This document shows positions 20,986 to 32,286 of a stretch of 64,000 nt of DNA, piece after piece (position 1 is the first letter of the stretch; every line of letters starts with the position of its first letter). Where the stretch lies: NCBI GenBank assembly GCA_000002445.1, contig CM000208.1, forward strand, positions 2,144,001 through 2,208,000, written 5' to 3'. The DNA is from Trypanosoma brucei. Its lineage: Eukaryota. The position numbers and the translations under genes are program-made. The notes under the pieces are model-generated. The model was given only the letters and a program-made list of their open reading frames with translations, was not told the DNA's origin and did no database searches.

Positions 20986-22284
20986 ATGAACGCGCCTCAC
21001 AGAACTCCCGGCAGCAATTCCGCTGGGAATACCGGCCCCGGGTCACACCGGTCCCGCTGCATTAGTTTAGATCCACGGGTTCATGAACACATTCCACCGC
21101 ATTTCCTACCGAATTTGGCCAAATACAAATATAGCGGTAGTGACTCTGGCATAATTTCGAACTATGTCATGCAGCCATACTGGAACTTTATCGTAAGTCT
21201 TGTTCCCATGACTGTCGCGCCCAACGCCATTACCGTCACGGGGTTTGTGATGTGCCTCTCTTCTGCGCTTTTGGTTATGTTCTTTTACTACTTCGGAAAT
21301 GCCGAGTATCCTTGTTGGGTGTGGCTGTATGCCGTCATATGCCTTTTTGCGTACCAGACACTTGATGCAATAGATGGAAAACAGGCCCGTCGTACTAATA
21401 CGGGGTCACCACTTGGTGAATTGTTTGACCATGGGTGTGACGTCATATTAACACCTTTTGTACAAATGATGATATGCTGTGCTCTAAATACGCCTCCCTG
21501 TGTTACCTTTGTGTACATCACACTCTCATCATGCGCAGTCTTTGGTGCCATCTGGGAGCAGTTTGTCACCGGTACACTTGACTTCGGTTACGTCAATGGT
21601 CCCACTGACGGCATATTGCTCGCGTGCGGTATTTTTCTCATCACAGCCATCATGTCACCAGCCGTGTGGGATACTCAAGTGGCTGGACCTTACGAGGTGC
21701 CGTTGCCGTCATGGTTAGGCAGTTGCGGTGGCTCGTTCGTGATTGGATCAGTGCGGAGTATGTTATTTACCTTTTATGTGGTATCTGGGACTCTGACACT
21801 GCTAACAAACATATTGCATGTTTTAAAAAGGCCAAACATTCAGAAACCTGGTATGGCCGTGACAACTGCCCTACCGGTTGTCTGCTTGCTGGTACTTCAC
21901 GTCTGGATGTATCTGGTTTACCGCCCCATCCATGAGAAGTATCCATATGCACTGGAGTTGAGTTTTCACGTTTTGATATCTTACACTGCCACACGCATGA
22001 CTGTTTCCAGGTTGTGCGCAATGCCGTTTAACCTTTTCAGTGGGTTGTTTATCATTACACTACTCTTCACTGTTGCTCCGCTCTTCATCCACACCTACTT
22101 GCCTCTTGCTGAGGAAAAATATGTATTGCCATCACTTGGCTCCGCCACAGTGGCGCTTGCAGTACTGGGGTTCTGGCAGTACTTCCATATGATTCTTTCC
22201 GTTATCACACAGATGGCGTACTTTCTTCGCATTTCGGTTTTTTCTATTACATCGCGTCATGACTCCAACACGAAGTGGGAGTAG
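20986..22284 (+). CDS. Choline/ethanolamine phosphotransferase (CDP-alcohol phosphatidyltransferase family)
   Basis: The motif 'DAIDGKQARRTNTGSPLGELFDHGCD' matches D-G-x2-A-R-x8-G-x3-D-x3-D exactly. The 432-aa ORF has about 8-10 TM helices, the size and topology of eukaryotic CPT/EPT/CEPT enzymes. A long T-run polypyrimidine tract precedes the ATG. Confidence 0.85.
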   Translation: MNAPHRTPGSNSAGNTGPGSHRSRCISLDPRVHEHIPPHFLPNLAKYKYSGSDSGIISNYVMQPYWNFIVSLVPMTVAPNAITVTGFVMCLSSALLVMFFYYFGNAEYPCWVWLYAVICLFAYQTLDAIDGKQARRTNTGSPLGELFDHGCDVILTPFVQMMICCALNTPPCVTFVYITLSSCAVFGAIWEQFVTGTLDFGYVNGPTDGILLACGIFLITAIMSPAVWDTQVAGPYEVPLPSWLGSCGGSFVIGSVRSMLFTFYVVSGTLTLLTNILHVLKRPNIQKPGMAVTTALPVVCLLVLHVWMYLVYRPIHEKYPYALELSFHVLISYTATRMTVSRLCAMPFNLFSGLFIITLLFTVAPLFIHTYLPLAEEKYVLPSLGSATVALAVLGFWQYFHMILSVITQMAYFLRISVFSITSRHDSNTKWE

Positions 22285-25200
22285 GAGTTGCATTGATTTT
22301 GCTGACTTTGCAATGTGGTGTTGAAATTATTGGTGAAAGGGATGTGGGGAAGTTGAGACCCTAGGCACTATCATCACTAGATCACAAAAAGAGAAAGTAG
22401 CTGTTGATTGGTGAATCAATTAAGAGGAACCATCAACTGTATGTGCGTCTGTGAGTAGTGGGAACGGTAGTGAAGTGGTCTTAACATATGATGTAAACCA
22501 AAGATGGTTTTTCCATCTTCTTTTTTCTTTTTTTCCCCCGTTGGAGTCAAGGGAGGGAGGGAGGGGGGGGGGGGGAATAGGAAACAGGGAGAGAATAGAA
22601 GAAAGGAGTGGAAAGGTGGGAAGGTTTAGAGAAGCGGTGAGTTGAAGGAGAGGCATGCTAAGAAGATGGAGGGAAAAGTTGAGTGTCTTGTTTGTGCCTC
22701 TTATCGATTGTTCCGTTTTCTGCTTTTGCTTTTTTATCATTGATGGTACAATTTTATCTTTTCGTAAAATATGCGTCGCTTGGTTAGTTGTTGCTGTTTT
22801 TTTTTTCCTTCCTTCACTTCGCGGAGATTGCACCGTAGCAGTGGTGAGCAGTTGGGAAAAGGGGAAAAACAAAGAGGAAAAAAAGGAACGAAGGTGTAGT
22901 CGAGGAAGTAACGCGGAGGAAAGGAATATGAAGCAAATACAAGCACAACAAGAACAGGAGATGTGTTGTATATCTAAATAATAATACTAATAATAAGGAA
23001 AAAGGCATTGAAGGAAAGAGTTCGAGATAAATCTATTTCTCACTATTTGTCCAATCTCACCTTTTGCGTGTTACTACGGGAGGGCGCCGTTGCGGGAAGG
23101 GAATTCCGAACTACTTTTGAATGACCGGATTTTTTCTTTTTTTTTAAAAAAAACTTTCCTCAGCTGGTATTATAGCTGCATAACTTACTGTTTTGTTTCG
23201 TTGTGTCTTTTTTTTTTTTTTAAATGACCATCGCCTTATATCACCCTCTTTTCTCAGCATGTGCTTTTATGGAGGGTTTGAGTGGAGAGAGGGCGGTTGT
23301 GTTTCGGTTTCGGTTCCACAAACTAGTCGTACGTTTATATACGCGTATGTATATATATATATATATATATATCAGTATGCAATTATGTGTATGTATTTCC
23401 ACGTGTATATTTGTAAGTGAATCGGGTCTAATTACTTCCTCTCCAATCAAAATGGGCTTATGCTGTTGTCAGGTTGCGGTTTCTTCGTCTGCTTTAACGC
23501 TGATTTTTCACATATTTACTCTGATTGCTTCTCTGTTCGGTTTGTTTGTGTTACTTTTCTTCTTTCTTTCTTTTCTTTTCCTTTTTTCATCTTTATCTTT
23601 TTTTTTTCGCATTATTTGTTGTTCATGTTGTGGCTGATGTTGGTTATTTTTCCGCCTGGGTTGTGGGAGGACCACCGAACTTTTCCCTCATCTCCCGCTC
23701 TAGGCGCATGTTCTGTACTTTATTTCCTGTTTTTTTTTTTTTTGGTCTTCGTCTTCATTCCTCTTTTCTTTTCCACGTGCTTATTTCACTTTGTTGTTGA
23801 ACAACACTGTCCTTGTTGTACTGCGGTTATGCACACGCCAACAGCTCGCCTTCAGGTATAAATTTTATGCGGCCTGTCAATATGGTGTGGTGGATGTTGT
23901 GTTAACTTCGACCTTTACTTTTATAATTTTATAATTATAAAATTCTCTACTTTTCTACTGTTTTGTTTTGTTTAGTTTTGTTTTTTTTTTTTTTTCACCA
24001 CGCGTGCCGTTGTTTGTGTTTTGCAGAGGGTTCTGACGTCTCTCACGATATGCATCCGTTTGCATTCTTACTGTTCTTATACATTTGTTGTTAGTTTGTT
24101 TTTGTCGACGAATGCGACTCGATTTTTTTTTCCCCCTTTTTCCCTTTATTTCCTCTTCTTTTTTTCCTTTTCCTTTTCCCCTTTCATCAATCCTCTTTTC
24201 GTTTTTTATGATCAATTCAAATAAAACATGGCTTTGGTTTTGGGAGGATGGGGGGAGGAGAAGTGTAGACATGTTGGGGAAGTGAATTAAAATGAAATTG
24301 AGGAGTGGATGGTGGTGATGTTGAAATGGAAATGAGAAATGAGAAAAGCGTCCACTTGTGCCACACACACACACATATGCATAAGGGTGGGAGGGGGGTG
24401 CAATTTTTTTTTTTTTTTCGTGGCATGCTCATGGGGAAAGACGTTTCTTGAGAACATGTTGTTGTTTATTGTTGCCATTGTTGTGTTTAACACCGTTTAA
24501 ATTTTTGTTTCCTCCTGTTTTCTTTACCTTTTCACTCAGCACAGTAAAATTGGAGCGTTGGGCAAATAAGTGTGACAAGGGAGAGAGGAAGAAGAAGAAG
24601 AAAAAAAAAAGGGAGTTCCGTAAGACAAACATTAATATGAGTGAATCAACATTTGTTGGTGTGACTGTTTACATGCACATGTTCTTTGAGGAGTTCTTTC
24701 CGTTTGACACACTTTCAGTTCGATGCTTTTTTTTTTCCTTTCTCTCATGTTGGTGCTGTTAAAACACAGGCGGTGTGGTTCTATTTTCATACGGATAAGG
24801 GGTGTAATTTAAAGAAGTAATATGTGGGGATATGAAGGGAGAAAGAACGAGGGATAGGATTCAAACAACATATTGTTGTGAAAATAAAAATAAGTGTGAT
24901 AAGCAATTGAGCACTCCAGTGCCTTGCCTGGCGCTGTTACCCCTAAGTTTGAATTGAGATAGAGTGTCAAAAACGGTAAGTGGCCACCAGAAAACGAAAC
25001 AAAGGGGAAAAGATGGGTTAAACTAACGGAAAATGCAAAAAAAAAATGAATGGGGAACCTCTTGTGTGTTGTTATGTCTCTTGTCATGCCCGCACGGGAT
25101 GTGACCAACTGGTTGACACCCAGAATTGATGGTTAAAGAGAGATTCTGTAACTTTCTGTTCAAACTAAAGCCCTGGTGACTGACCGATATCGCGTATGCC

Positions 25201-25865
25201 ATGTAATGTGTGCGTGTGTGCGTTTGTGTCTGTTGTTTAATGATAGATAGGTGACCCCAATCGGTAAATATTTGGTATCAAGGACACTTCCGTCTTTTTT
25301 TTTTTTGGCTAATTTTTAAGTGTATCCGAAAATGTTGCTCTGTATGTGTAATGTTAGCATGACTTCTTTCCCCCACCCTCTGTATTAAATAAACGTAGTA
25401 GGTTGTTTATGTACTTTCTGGTTTACTTTTTTGCGACAAATTCTCCTTCTTCGCTTCTTTTTTTTTTTTGAATGTTATCCAGAGCTACGGGACGGAAGAG
25501 TGTAGCGTGGTCAAACGTCCTTCGGTGTATTTAACCAGACAGCGCTGAGGAGGAAGTGGCTGCTACCCTCTAAAGGACAACGTGGCTACTGTTTTTCCAC
25601 CGGGCCGGTCCGTCGCTTGACAACATTAGAGGAGATAGCTACGACAGCACCAATAAAAGAAGAAGAGTTTGGAGACCAAACACGAGCACACACACACATA
25701 CACGGATATATATATATATATATATATAAGCTATAAAGACTATAATTTACACAATATAAGTGTGTAAAAACAGAAGGTTGAGGAATACATAACGAAGAAG
25801 GTGTGGGAAAGGGGCACACCGGTACACAAAGTTGACTGAACCCGTCCATTTAAGAGCTGGAAAGA

Positions 25866-28800
25866 ATGAACAGCAACAGTCTTCTGGGGGAACTGGCGAA
25901 GGAGTGCGCTCCTTTGCTGCTCGCTCCTCGCGCTGACGATCCCGACGCTGTTGTGCGCCGTCTGCGGATTCTTCCAGCTGATGGTATTTATCGCTGTTCC
26001 AGCCGTGATAGCATAATAACTCCCTACGTGTTTTCGGGCGACGCAGAACACTCGGCACCACCTAATCACTCACTGACGCCGGAACAATCGGGTAGCGTGG
26101 TCACTTCCGACATTCTAGGAATTTCGACTGAAGTGTGTCCACTTCAAACAGCCCTCTCACTCGCTTCGGTTGAATGTGTAGCCGCAAATCAGAAGCATTT
26201 ATTCGAACTGAATGTCTTTCTTCAGCTGCTGCGCCAGGCACCGGCGAGTTACACTAGTTCTTTATTTTGGAGTGTGCTTATTCGGCGGCTTGGGGAGCTA
26301 GGCTTCTACGAAATAATGAAAGGAAATATAAACACCCTGTGGGCGAGAATTGGCCGACAGTTGCTTCGCAGTGGAGAGATGTTCAACGCTTTACGCCTTC
26401 TTCAAACTTCCTGTGATGTTGTTCTACACTACAGTGAGCACGCTGTGCAGTATCCTCCGGACGCAACGTTGCTTGGTGAGTTCGCTGTGCTCGCTCGTCA
26501 GATGTGGGCGGAGAGTTCGTCGCCCGTGGTGAGGCGCTGCGCCCTTGTAGTTTCTGCTTTTCTGACAAAGTTTGCCGACTTGGTACCACTCGACCTGTTG
26601 AGCGACGCCAGCGAAACAAAACGTGATGCTCCCCACTTACTCGCGGTCGTTGCGAAGGCACCTACACTTTTCAAGGAGGAGGAGGAAACCGCTGCCGCGG
26701 GGGAAAATCTTCGTGTAGTATTAACAGTCGCGTTCACAACTACAGCTTACTCAATTCCCACCACGATGTACTTTCGTGGTGAGGGCCCTCAGTCCGCCTC
26801 GTTGTCACTTGTTCAACACCGCTTTGCTTCGGCACTCCACCAGCTGCTGGTATTAGCTTCATATGGGTTCTGGGATCATTTTTCTGCCGAATCACTGCTC
26901 TCTTTGACTGAGGCGTCGGCTGTTTACTCGCGTTTGTGGAACTCTTTTCCCCCCAAGATGTTCACGCTCTGGGGTCGTATATGCCAAAATAATCTTGTGA
27001 CCTCCTGCAAAATGTACACATCGTCCCTCTTCAATTATTGTATTTCCGCCGCTGCTTATCATTACAGTCTCGGGGAGTTGGAGGGCATTACTCGTCGTTA
27101 TGCCGTAGGGGACGTCTCGCACGGTGGGGAGCCGTCAAGTACGGAGCCACTTCAGGCAGCAGACGAAGGGCAAAAACGTGGAAGGCAGCAAGAACAGCAT
27201 GAGGATGTAAGTGAAAGAATCCTTGGGAGTGGTGCTGACGCCTGTGAGAAGCTTGACATTACTCCACACTTGAGGGAAACATTTCGATTAATGGTTACCG
27301 GATGGGGCTCGTTCCAGCCCGGTGACAGGAATTTTCTACGCAGTGGTCTCGTTGTGTTGCACGTGTTGTTGCTTAACTACCCGTATCAACTGGAGGAGTT
27401 GGGGAAAGCAATTGGATTTGATGTAGGCCAACTGCTTCATGGCATTGTAATGGGTCTTTTAGCAAGCGACGTTGATAGTGCACAAATAATGGAGACGGTT
27501 TACTCCATCATTTTCCGTTTTTACGAGATGTTCGACATTTTCGATGTCGTTTCCAACCTCTTGCCGCCACAGGTGATGGCCGATGTGGGCCTAAAGTGTG
27601 AAACAACAGAAAAGGCGCTTATGCAAGCACAGCTTTATGGGGCGCTGCTTGAAACGCATGGAGAGGACATATCGCCTCTTCCTTTACTGGAAGCAGCAAC
27701 ACACATAAGCCGTGGCGCCATTTTGCGCTTCTCCTCCGCCACTTCATTTTTTGTTAAGTGGTTCACTGTTACTGAAAGGTCACTTTTGTTGCAACCGCGA
27801 GACGCCCTGGTCGACCTGTTCTCCCTTAAGGGCGCCGGTGACAAGTTGGTTCAATGCCTCTGTGAAGGTGCTCTTGCCCTTGTCCGTGAACTTCAGTCGG
27901 GTAACGTAATTATCGACGGGTTTCCTGTGGCACCGGTGTTGGAGAGCGTTATCAGTTGCATTTCTTCCGCTGTCTTGTATGGAGGTCAACAAAACGCATT
28001 GGTTGCATGTGCCATTGCCGTTCACGGTGAGGGCGACGTCCCCGCCTCTCTCATGTTGTTCTGTTTAGTATTTGCCGCCAACGCAAATATTACCTTACTA
28101 GAGTCCTCTGCCAGGCTACTGGCGTACGTTGTAGAGCATTCGGATGAGGGGCTCTTTACCACCCTGAGACTTCATACCTCGATTGAGATGAAAAAACGAC
28201 TGCTTGCAGGGTTGCATCAACAACTGGGGTCGGCCGCCTCTGCCGATTCTACAGGCGCAAGGATGGTGCGTCTTGCGACTCTCCACCACCTGCTACGCTT
28301 TGACCCAGCCGCATTCTATTACCTCATGGCTGCTGAGGACCACGGAAAGGAATCCGCGGAGCTACGAATTACGCCCTTCTTGCGTGATGTTGTTAAGTCT
28401 TCGGACACTACGGCACTTGAGAAATCGGAAGCCCTCGCTTGTCTCAAAGCACTTGACGATGTGGGTGTTTCTACAACCGAGGTTGCAACCCTGTTATCAA
28501 ATATGCGGGTCGATTCTCCGATCACCGGGGGTGTTTTAACTGCTGCGGCAGTTTATTATGCCTGCGGCGTATACTTTCATAAGTACAAGTTGGACGGTGG
28601 GGAAAGCAGTGTGGCCCCAACAGGGAAGGGAGTAACTCAGCGGTTGAGGTTGTCGGATTCTTTTACGGTAAACATGATGCAAGGAAAGGTATTGATAGGC
28701 CCCTCAGATGAGGCGTGTAAGATGCTGAAGTTCAGCTGTGAGGCGCTAAAGCAGTGTATTAGTTTTTACGAGCAGACCGCAAAGCATCTTCGCTATGGTG

Positions 28801-30860
28801 ATGCCAATAATGCCACAGTACTACCCTCCATTGACTCCTACCCGGCTGCACATTCTCCTCTGGTTCTTTCGGTTGCAGGAACCGCTGGCCGCTCCGCAGG
28901 TTGCACCGATCGTCGGTGTCGGTCTCTGGTGGATCCAAGACAAATGTGTAATGGACAGGCAACGTTTAGCTCGTGCCTTCTTGCTGCCGAGGGAATTTCC
29001 ATGTGGGAAGGGGTGGCCAATGTCGATTTGGACCGCCTGGCATCGGCGCTGGTGGCAATTACTCGCCTCACTACATCGATTGAAGCTGCGTTGTGGATTT
29101 TGTACGGAGAAAAGGAAGTAGACTCAGTAACCGCACAGCTGCTTGAGGCTGCACTTTGTGCTGTGCAGATGTTAGGATCACCAGTTCCGCAGCTTCGAGA
29201 TCAGGTGTCGGCGTGCCTAGATGGTGCACTGACGTTGGCGCAAACTGCAGCAGTCATACTCACTCGAATGCCTAGTGACGGGAACTCGCTTTTGCGCACT
29301 GGAGAGTTCATCGGTCTTTTTTCCGTTTTCGTAAAGACTTTATCTCTTTACCGTGACGACGACGATGTTATTTCGAGGGGTCTCAAGATCGTTGGAGTGT
29401 TTAAACCTGTAGAGGTAGCTGACGAGGAGGTGGTGATACACATTTTTGACACAATCGCATCCGTTGTGGAAAGGCATGCTTCGTCAAGTCCGACCGATTT
29501 CCTTGTGCCTATAGTTGCTCAGGTGACTGTGATTTTTACCAGCATTGGTGAGTTCTGTCCAACCAAGTGCGCGCTCGGCATTGTGAATAACCTATGGTCT
29601 TGCGCGATGAACGTCTCGCAAATGATTGTTATCGCTGATCCGTGTTCGCCGCTGTCCAACAAGTTCGACGTTATTGTAGAAGCTGTGAGGGCCATTTTGT
29701 TGCAGTGCGACGGAATACTGGGGTATCTTTCATATGATCGAATAATGCCTATGGCCACTGCTCTCGGGCAGCTTAGTAACGCAAGCTGCTATGATGCGTT
29801 GGATCATCTTTATAAACCACAGGCCTGGCATGGGGCATGGTTATCATTGCTTCGGTTATTTCACGCCGTTTTGATCGGTTGTGGCGGGGGCAGTGAAAAT
29901 ACGTTGGGGTGGCTCTCGATCATCTCGAGCTGGGCGACGACCAGCCCACGGTTTCGGGAGGCCGTTTCTGGCTTCACTTATTGCCGCGGTGGGGTTTCAA
30001 GAAGCTCCGGGCCTCATTCATGGGAGTGGCAGGAAATGCACATTGCAACATTGATCATCAGTTTGTTGTCTAGCCTGGGTACCTCCACCGCACCACTGAC
30101 ACCACATGTTCAGCGCTGCTTTTGTCGTATTCGCCATTTTACCTGTCAGACAACGGGTACACCGTGCGCCGCATCTTTAAACGAACTCTTTTTAGCCACT
30201 GTGCGCCACCAGCTCTCATATCTCATTTTCCACTCCCCGCCATCGGGTTATATGGAGGGTGAGCCGCCCATTGTGACCATTTCCCGGTATCGCTACCCTT
30301 CAAATGGTGAGGCATCGACATCTGATGGTTTACTTCTGCAGAAGGCTGCCAAAGTGAACGAAGGGGACCAGAAGGAGGAGCAACTTTCTTTCTACACCCT
30401 GCGGTGTTTCATATTTCGAGAGTTAAGTATTCTTCGAAAGAGCTGCCGTGACGACTCGAGTGCCACAGGTGCCCTTACCTCTCCCGACAATACTCCTGTA
30501 ATGCGATCCAGTTCCCTGAACACAAGCACGGACGGTTTCTCTGATATTGATGTTCGTGATGGGGGTTTGCAGGTGGTTGCACCGCACCTTCTCAACGTTC
30601 AGCTCGCTCTCATTCTTTTTGTGCGTAACGGCCATTTTCAGGTTTTCCAACGTTGTTTGGATCTGTGGGAGCAGCAGGAGCTTGTCGAAGGGTTGGATGA
30701 GCTTCATCGCTTTCTCAATCTGCTGTCGCACTACGCACGTCGCCTTGAGAGTACAAAGTTGATATCGGTGGTGGAAACGGTACAGGAAGAGTTGCAGGGA
30801 CTTGCCGAAAGACTCCGCAGTGGAGCGACTTCATGGCGGACGACAGGAGCCACGTTGTGA
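25866..30860 (+). CDS. Very large (1664 aa) Leu/Ala-rich, predominantly alpha-helical protein of unknown function
   Basis: A single uninterrupted ATG-initiated ORF of 4995 nt on the transcribed strand. Its codon usage is like that of the neighbouring genes. No motif recognised. Only short, low-complexity antisense ORFs overlap it. Confidence 0.6.
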   Translation: MNSNSLLGELAKECAPLLLAPRADDPDAVVRRLRILPADGIYRCSSRDSIITPYVFSGDAEHSAPPNHSLTPEQSGSVVTSDILGISTEVCPLQTALSLASVECVAANQKHLFELNVFLQLLRQAPASYTSSLFWSVLIRRLGELGFYEIMKGNINTLWARIGRQLLRSGEMFNALRLLQTSCDVVLHYSEHAVQYPPDATLLGEFAVLARQMWAESSSPVVRRCALVVSAFLTKFADLVPLDLLSDASETKRDAPHLLAVVAKAPTLFKEEEETAAAGENLRVVLTVAFTTTAYSIPTTMYFRGEGPQSASLSLVQHRFASALHQLLVLASYGFWDHFSAESLLSLTEASAVYSRLWNSFPPKMFTLWGRICQNNLVTSCKMYTSSLFNYCISAAAYHYSLGELEGITRRYAVGDVSHGGEPSSTEPLQAADEGQKRGRQQEQHEDVSERILGSGADACEKLDITPHLRETFRLMVTGWGSFQPGDRNFLRSGLVVLHVLLLNYPYQLEELGKAIGFDVGQLLHGIVMGLLASDVDSAQIMETVYSIIFRFYEMFDIFDVVSNLLPPQVMADVGLKCETTEKALMQAQLYGALLETHGEDISPLPLLEAATHISRGAILRFSSATSFFVKWFTVTERSLLLQPRDALVDLFSLKGAGDKLVQCLCEGALALVRELQSGNVIIDGFPVAPVLESVISCISSAVLYGGQQNALVACAIAVHGEGDVPASLMLFCLVFAANANITLLESSARLLAYVVEHSDEGLFTTLRLHTSIEMKKRLLAGLHQQLGSAASADSTGARMVRLATLHHLLRFDPAAFYYLMAAEDHGKESAELRITPFLRDVVKSSDTTALEKSEALACLKALDDVGVSTTEVATLLSNMRVDSPITGGVLTAAAVYYACGVYFHKYKLDGGESSVAPTGKGVTQRLRLSDSFTVNMMQGKVLIGPSDEACKMLKFSCEALKQCISFYEQTAKHLRYGDANNATVLPSIDSYPAAHSPLVLSVAGTAGRSAGCTDRRCRSLVDPRQMCNGQATFSSCLLAAEGISMWEGVANVDLDRLASALVAITRLTTSIEAALWILYGEKEVDSVTAQLLEAALCAVQMLGSPVPQLRDQVSACLDGALTLAQTAAVILTRMPSDGNSLLRTGEFIGLFSVFVKTLSLYRDDDDVISRGLKIVGVFKPVEVADEEVVIHIFDTIASVVERHASSSPTDFLVPIVAQVTVIFTSIGEFCPTKCALGIVNNLWSCAMNVSQMIVIADPCSPLSNKFDVIVEAVRAILLQCDGILGYLSYDRIMPMATALGQLSNASCYDALDHLYKPQAWHGAWLSLLRLFHAVLIGCGGGSENTLGWLSIISSWATTSPRFREAVSGFTYCRGGVSRSSGPHSWEWQEMHIATLIISLLSSLGTSTAPLTPHVQRCFCRIRHFTCQTTGTPCAASLNELFLATVRHQLSYLIFHSPPSGYMEGEPPIVTISRYRYPSNGEASTSDGLLLQKAAKVNEGDQKEEQLSFYTLRCFIFRELSILRKSCRDDSSATGALTSPDNTPVMRSSSLNTSTDGFSDIDVRDGGLQVVAPHLLNVQLALILFVRNGHFQVFQRCLDLWEQQELVEGLDELHRFLNLLSHYARRLESTKLISVVETVQEELQGLAERLRSGATSWRTTGATL

Positions 30861-31266
30861 TTATTGTTGTGGATGAAACTTTTTGGTTTTGAATGTGGGA
30901 GGAGAAACGGTGAAAGCAAAAAAAAAAAAGAGGTCCGATGTCGCTACTCGTTGTACTGAAAGTAATGCTTAATAGAGCCGCTGGGTAAGTTCGAAGAGAT
31001 GTCCGTTTAAAGAAAAAAAATACCCGGTCGTTGTGCACTACCGCCTTTCGTAGGGTTGTCGAAGCGTAGCAGACTTTTGTGTGAGTTGTTGTTTTTAAAT
31101 TTGTTTTTCAAAAAATAATGTCCATCATCGTTCGTTCAAAAACTGATATTTTCTCCAATGCTCACCTTTTTTTCACACTTCATTTTTTAAAAAAATCATT
31201 GCGTGCCTAACACGGATAATACAAACACTTTGCCTAGCAGGTAGGGCCTTTTGTGTTTGTGCTGCA

Positions 31267-32286
31267 ATGACATCCAGTTTTCTCGCACATCCCAAAGTCC
31301 TTTTGATGGGACTGCGCAAGTCTGGAAAGACCAGCATACAAAAGGTTGTATTTGAGGGTATGCAGCCGCACCACTGTGTGGACCTTACAACCACCGTACA
31401 ACCGGAGAAGAGTACCGTTTGCTCCTATGACTTTGTGAACTTTGAGGTGTGGGACTTTCCGGGGCAAACTGACCCATTCGACTTAAACAACACGGTTCAC
31501 TACGACGTGGGTGTCCTCTTGGAGAACTGCGGTGCTATCGTTTTTGTGATGGATTGTGGTGAGTTGATCGACGATTCCCATGCTCGTCTCGTGGAAACCG
31601 TATGTGCTGCTTATGACCGTGATCCAGAGCTCTCAGTGGAGGTGTTTATACATAAAGTGGATAAATTAAGCGAAGATCATCAGGCTGATCTGCTCACGAG
31701 TCTTCAGCGACGTGTAGAGGCTGAGGCAAGACAGCGCCTAAACGCCACCGCGCAGTTGCGCTTGAACTTCAACCTAACGTCAATCTATGACCACTCTGTT
31801 TTCCAAGCCTTCTCGTCGGTGGTGCAGAAGCTCATGAAACTGCAGATCCCTTATATCACAGAGCTTCTGCAGATTCTAAATAGTAATAGCAACTTGGATC
31901 TCTCTTATTTGTTCTTGAGTAGGTCCAAAATTTTCTTGTCTGTGGACGAGCGAAATCGTGTCAAGACTCGCACATATGAAATTTGTAGTGATGCTATCGA
32001 GGTAATGATGGGAATGAATCGTATTTATAGCAAGGGGAAGGAACAGGGGGAAGGTGATGAAGAAGAGGTAAGCAGTGGTGCCCGGGGGACGGAAGCTGAG
32101 GTTTATGCCGGAGCAAACATTGTAATCAAACTTAGTAGCGATGACTGCATTTACGTTAAGGAGTTGCCAAACTCTCTTACACTCGTGTCAATGGTAAAAA
32201 ATGAGTCCTTTCGTAACCGAATTCTCATTGATCATAACATCTCAGCATTCTATAACGCTGCTTATAGTATTTTCCGACGCAACTAG
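31267..32286 (+). CDS. Ras-related GTP-binding protein, RagC/D (Gtr2) subfamily
   Basis: '[20 protein letters not shown]' (P-loop) and 'FEVWDFPGQ' (switch II), then '[15 protein letters not shown]' and '[20 protein letters not shown]', align closely with human RagC ('[20 protein letters not shown]...FQIWDFPGQ...[15 protein letters not shown]...[20 protein letters not shown]'). Length is 339 aa, including the roadblock-type C-terminal domain. Confidence 0.85.
   Translation: [339 protein letters not shown]

Noticed and set aside
25500-25530. tRNA-like D-loop string (gtgtagcgtggtcaaacg)
   Set aside because: No matching T-loop (GGTTCGAATCC-like) or acceptor-stem complementarity was found nearby. 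It probably arises by chance.
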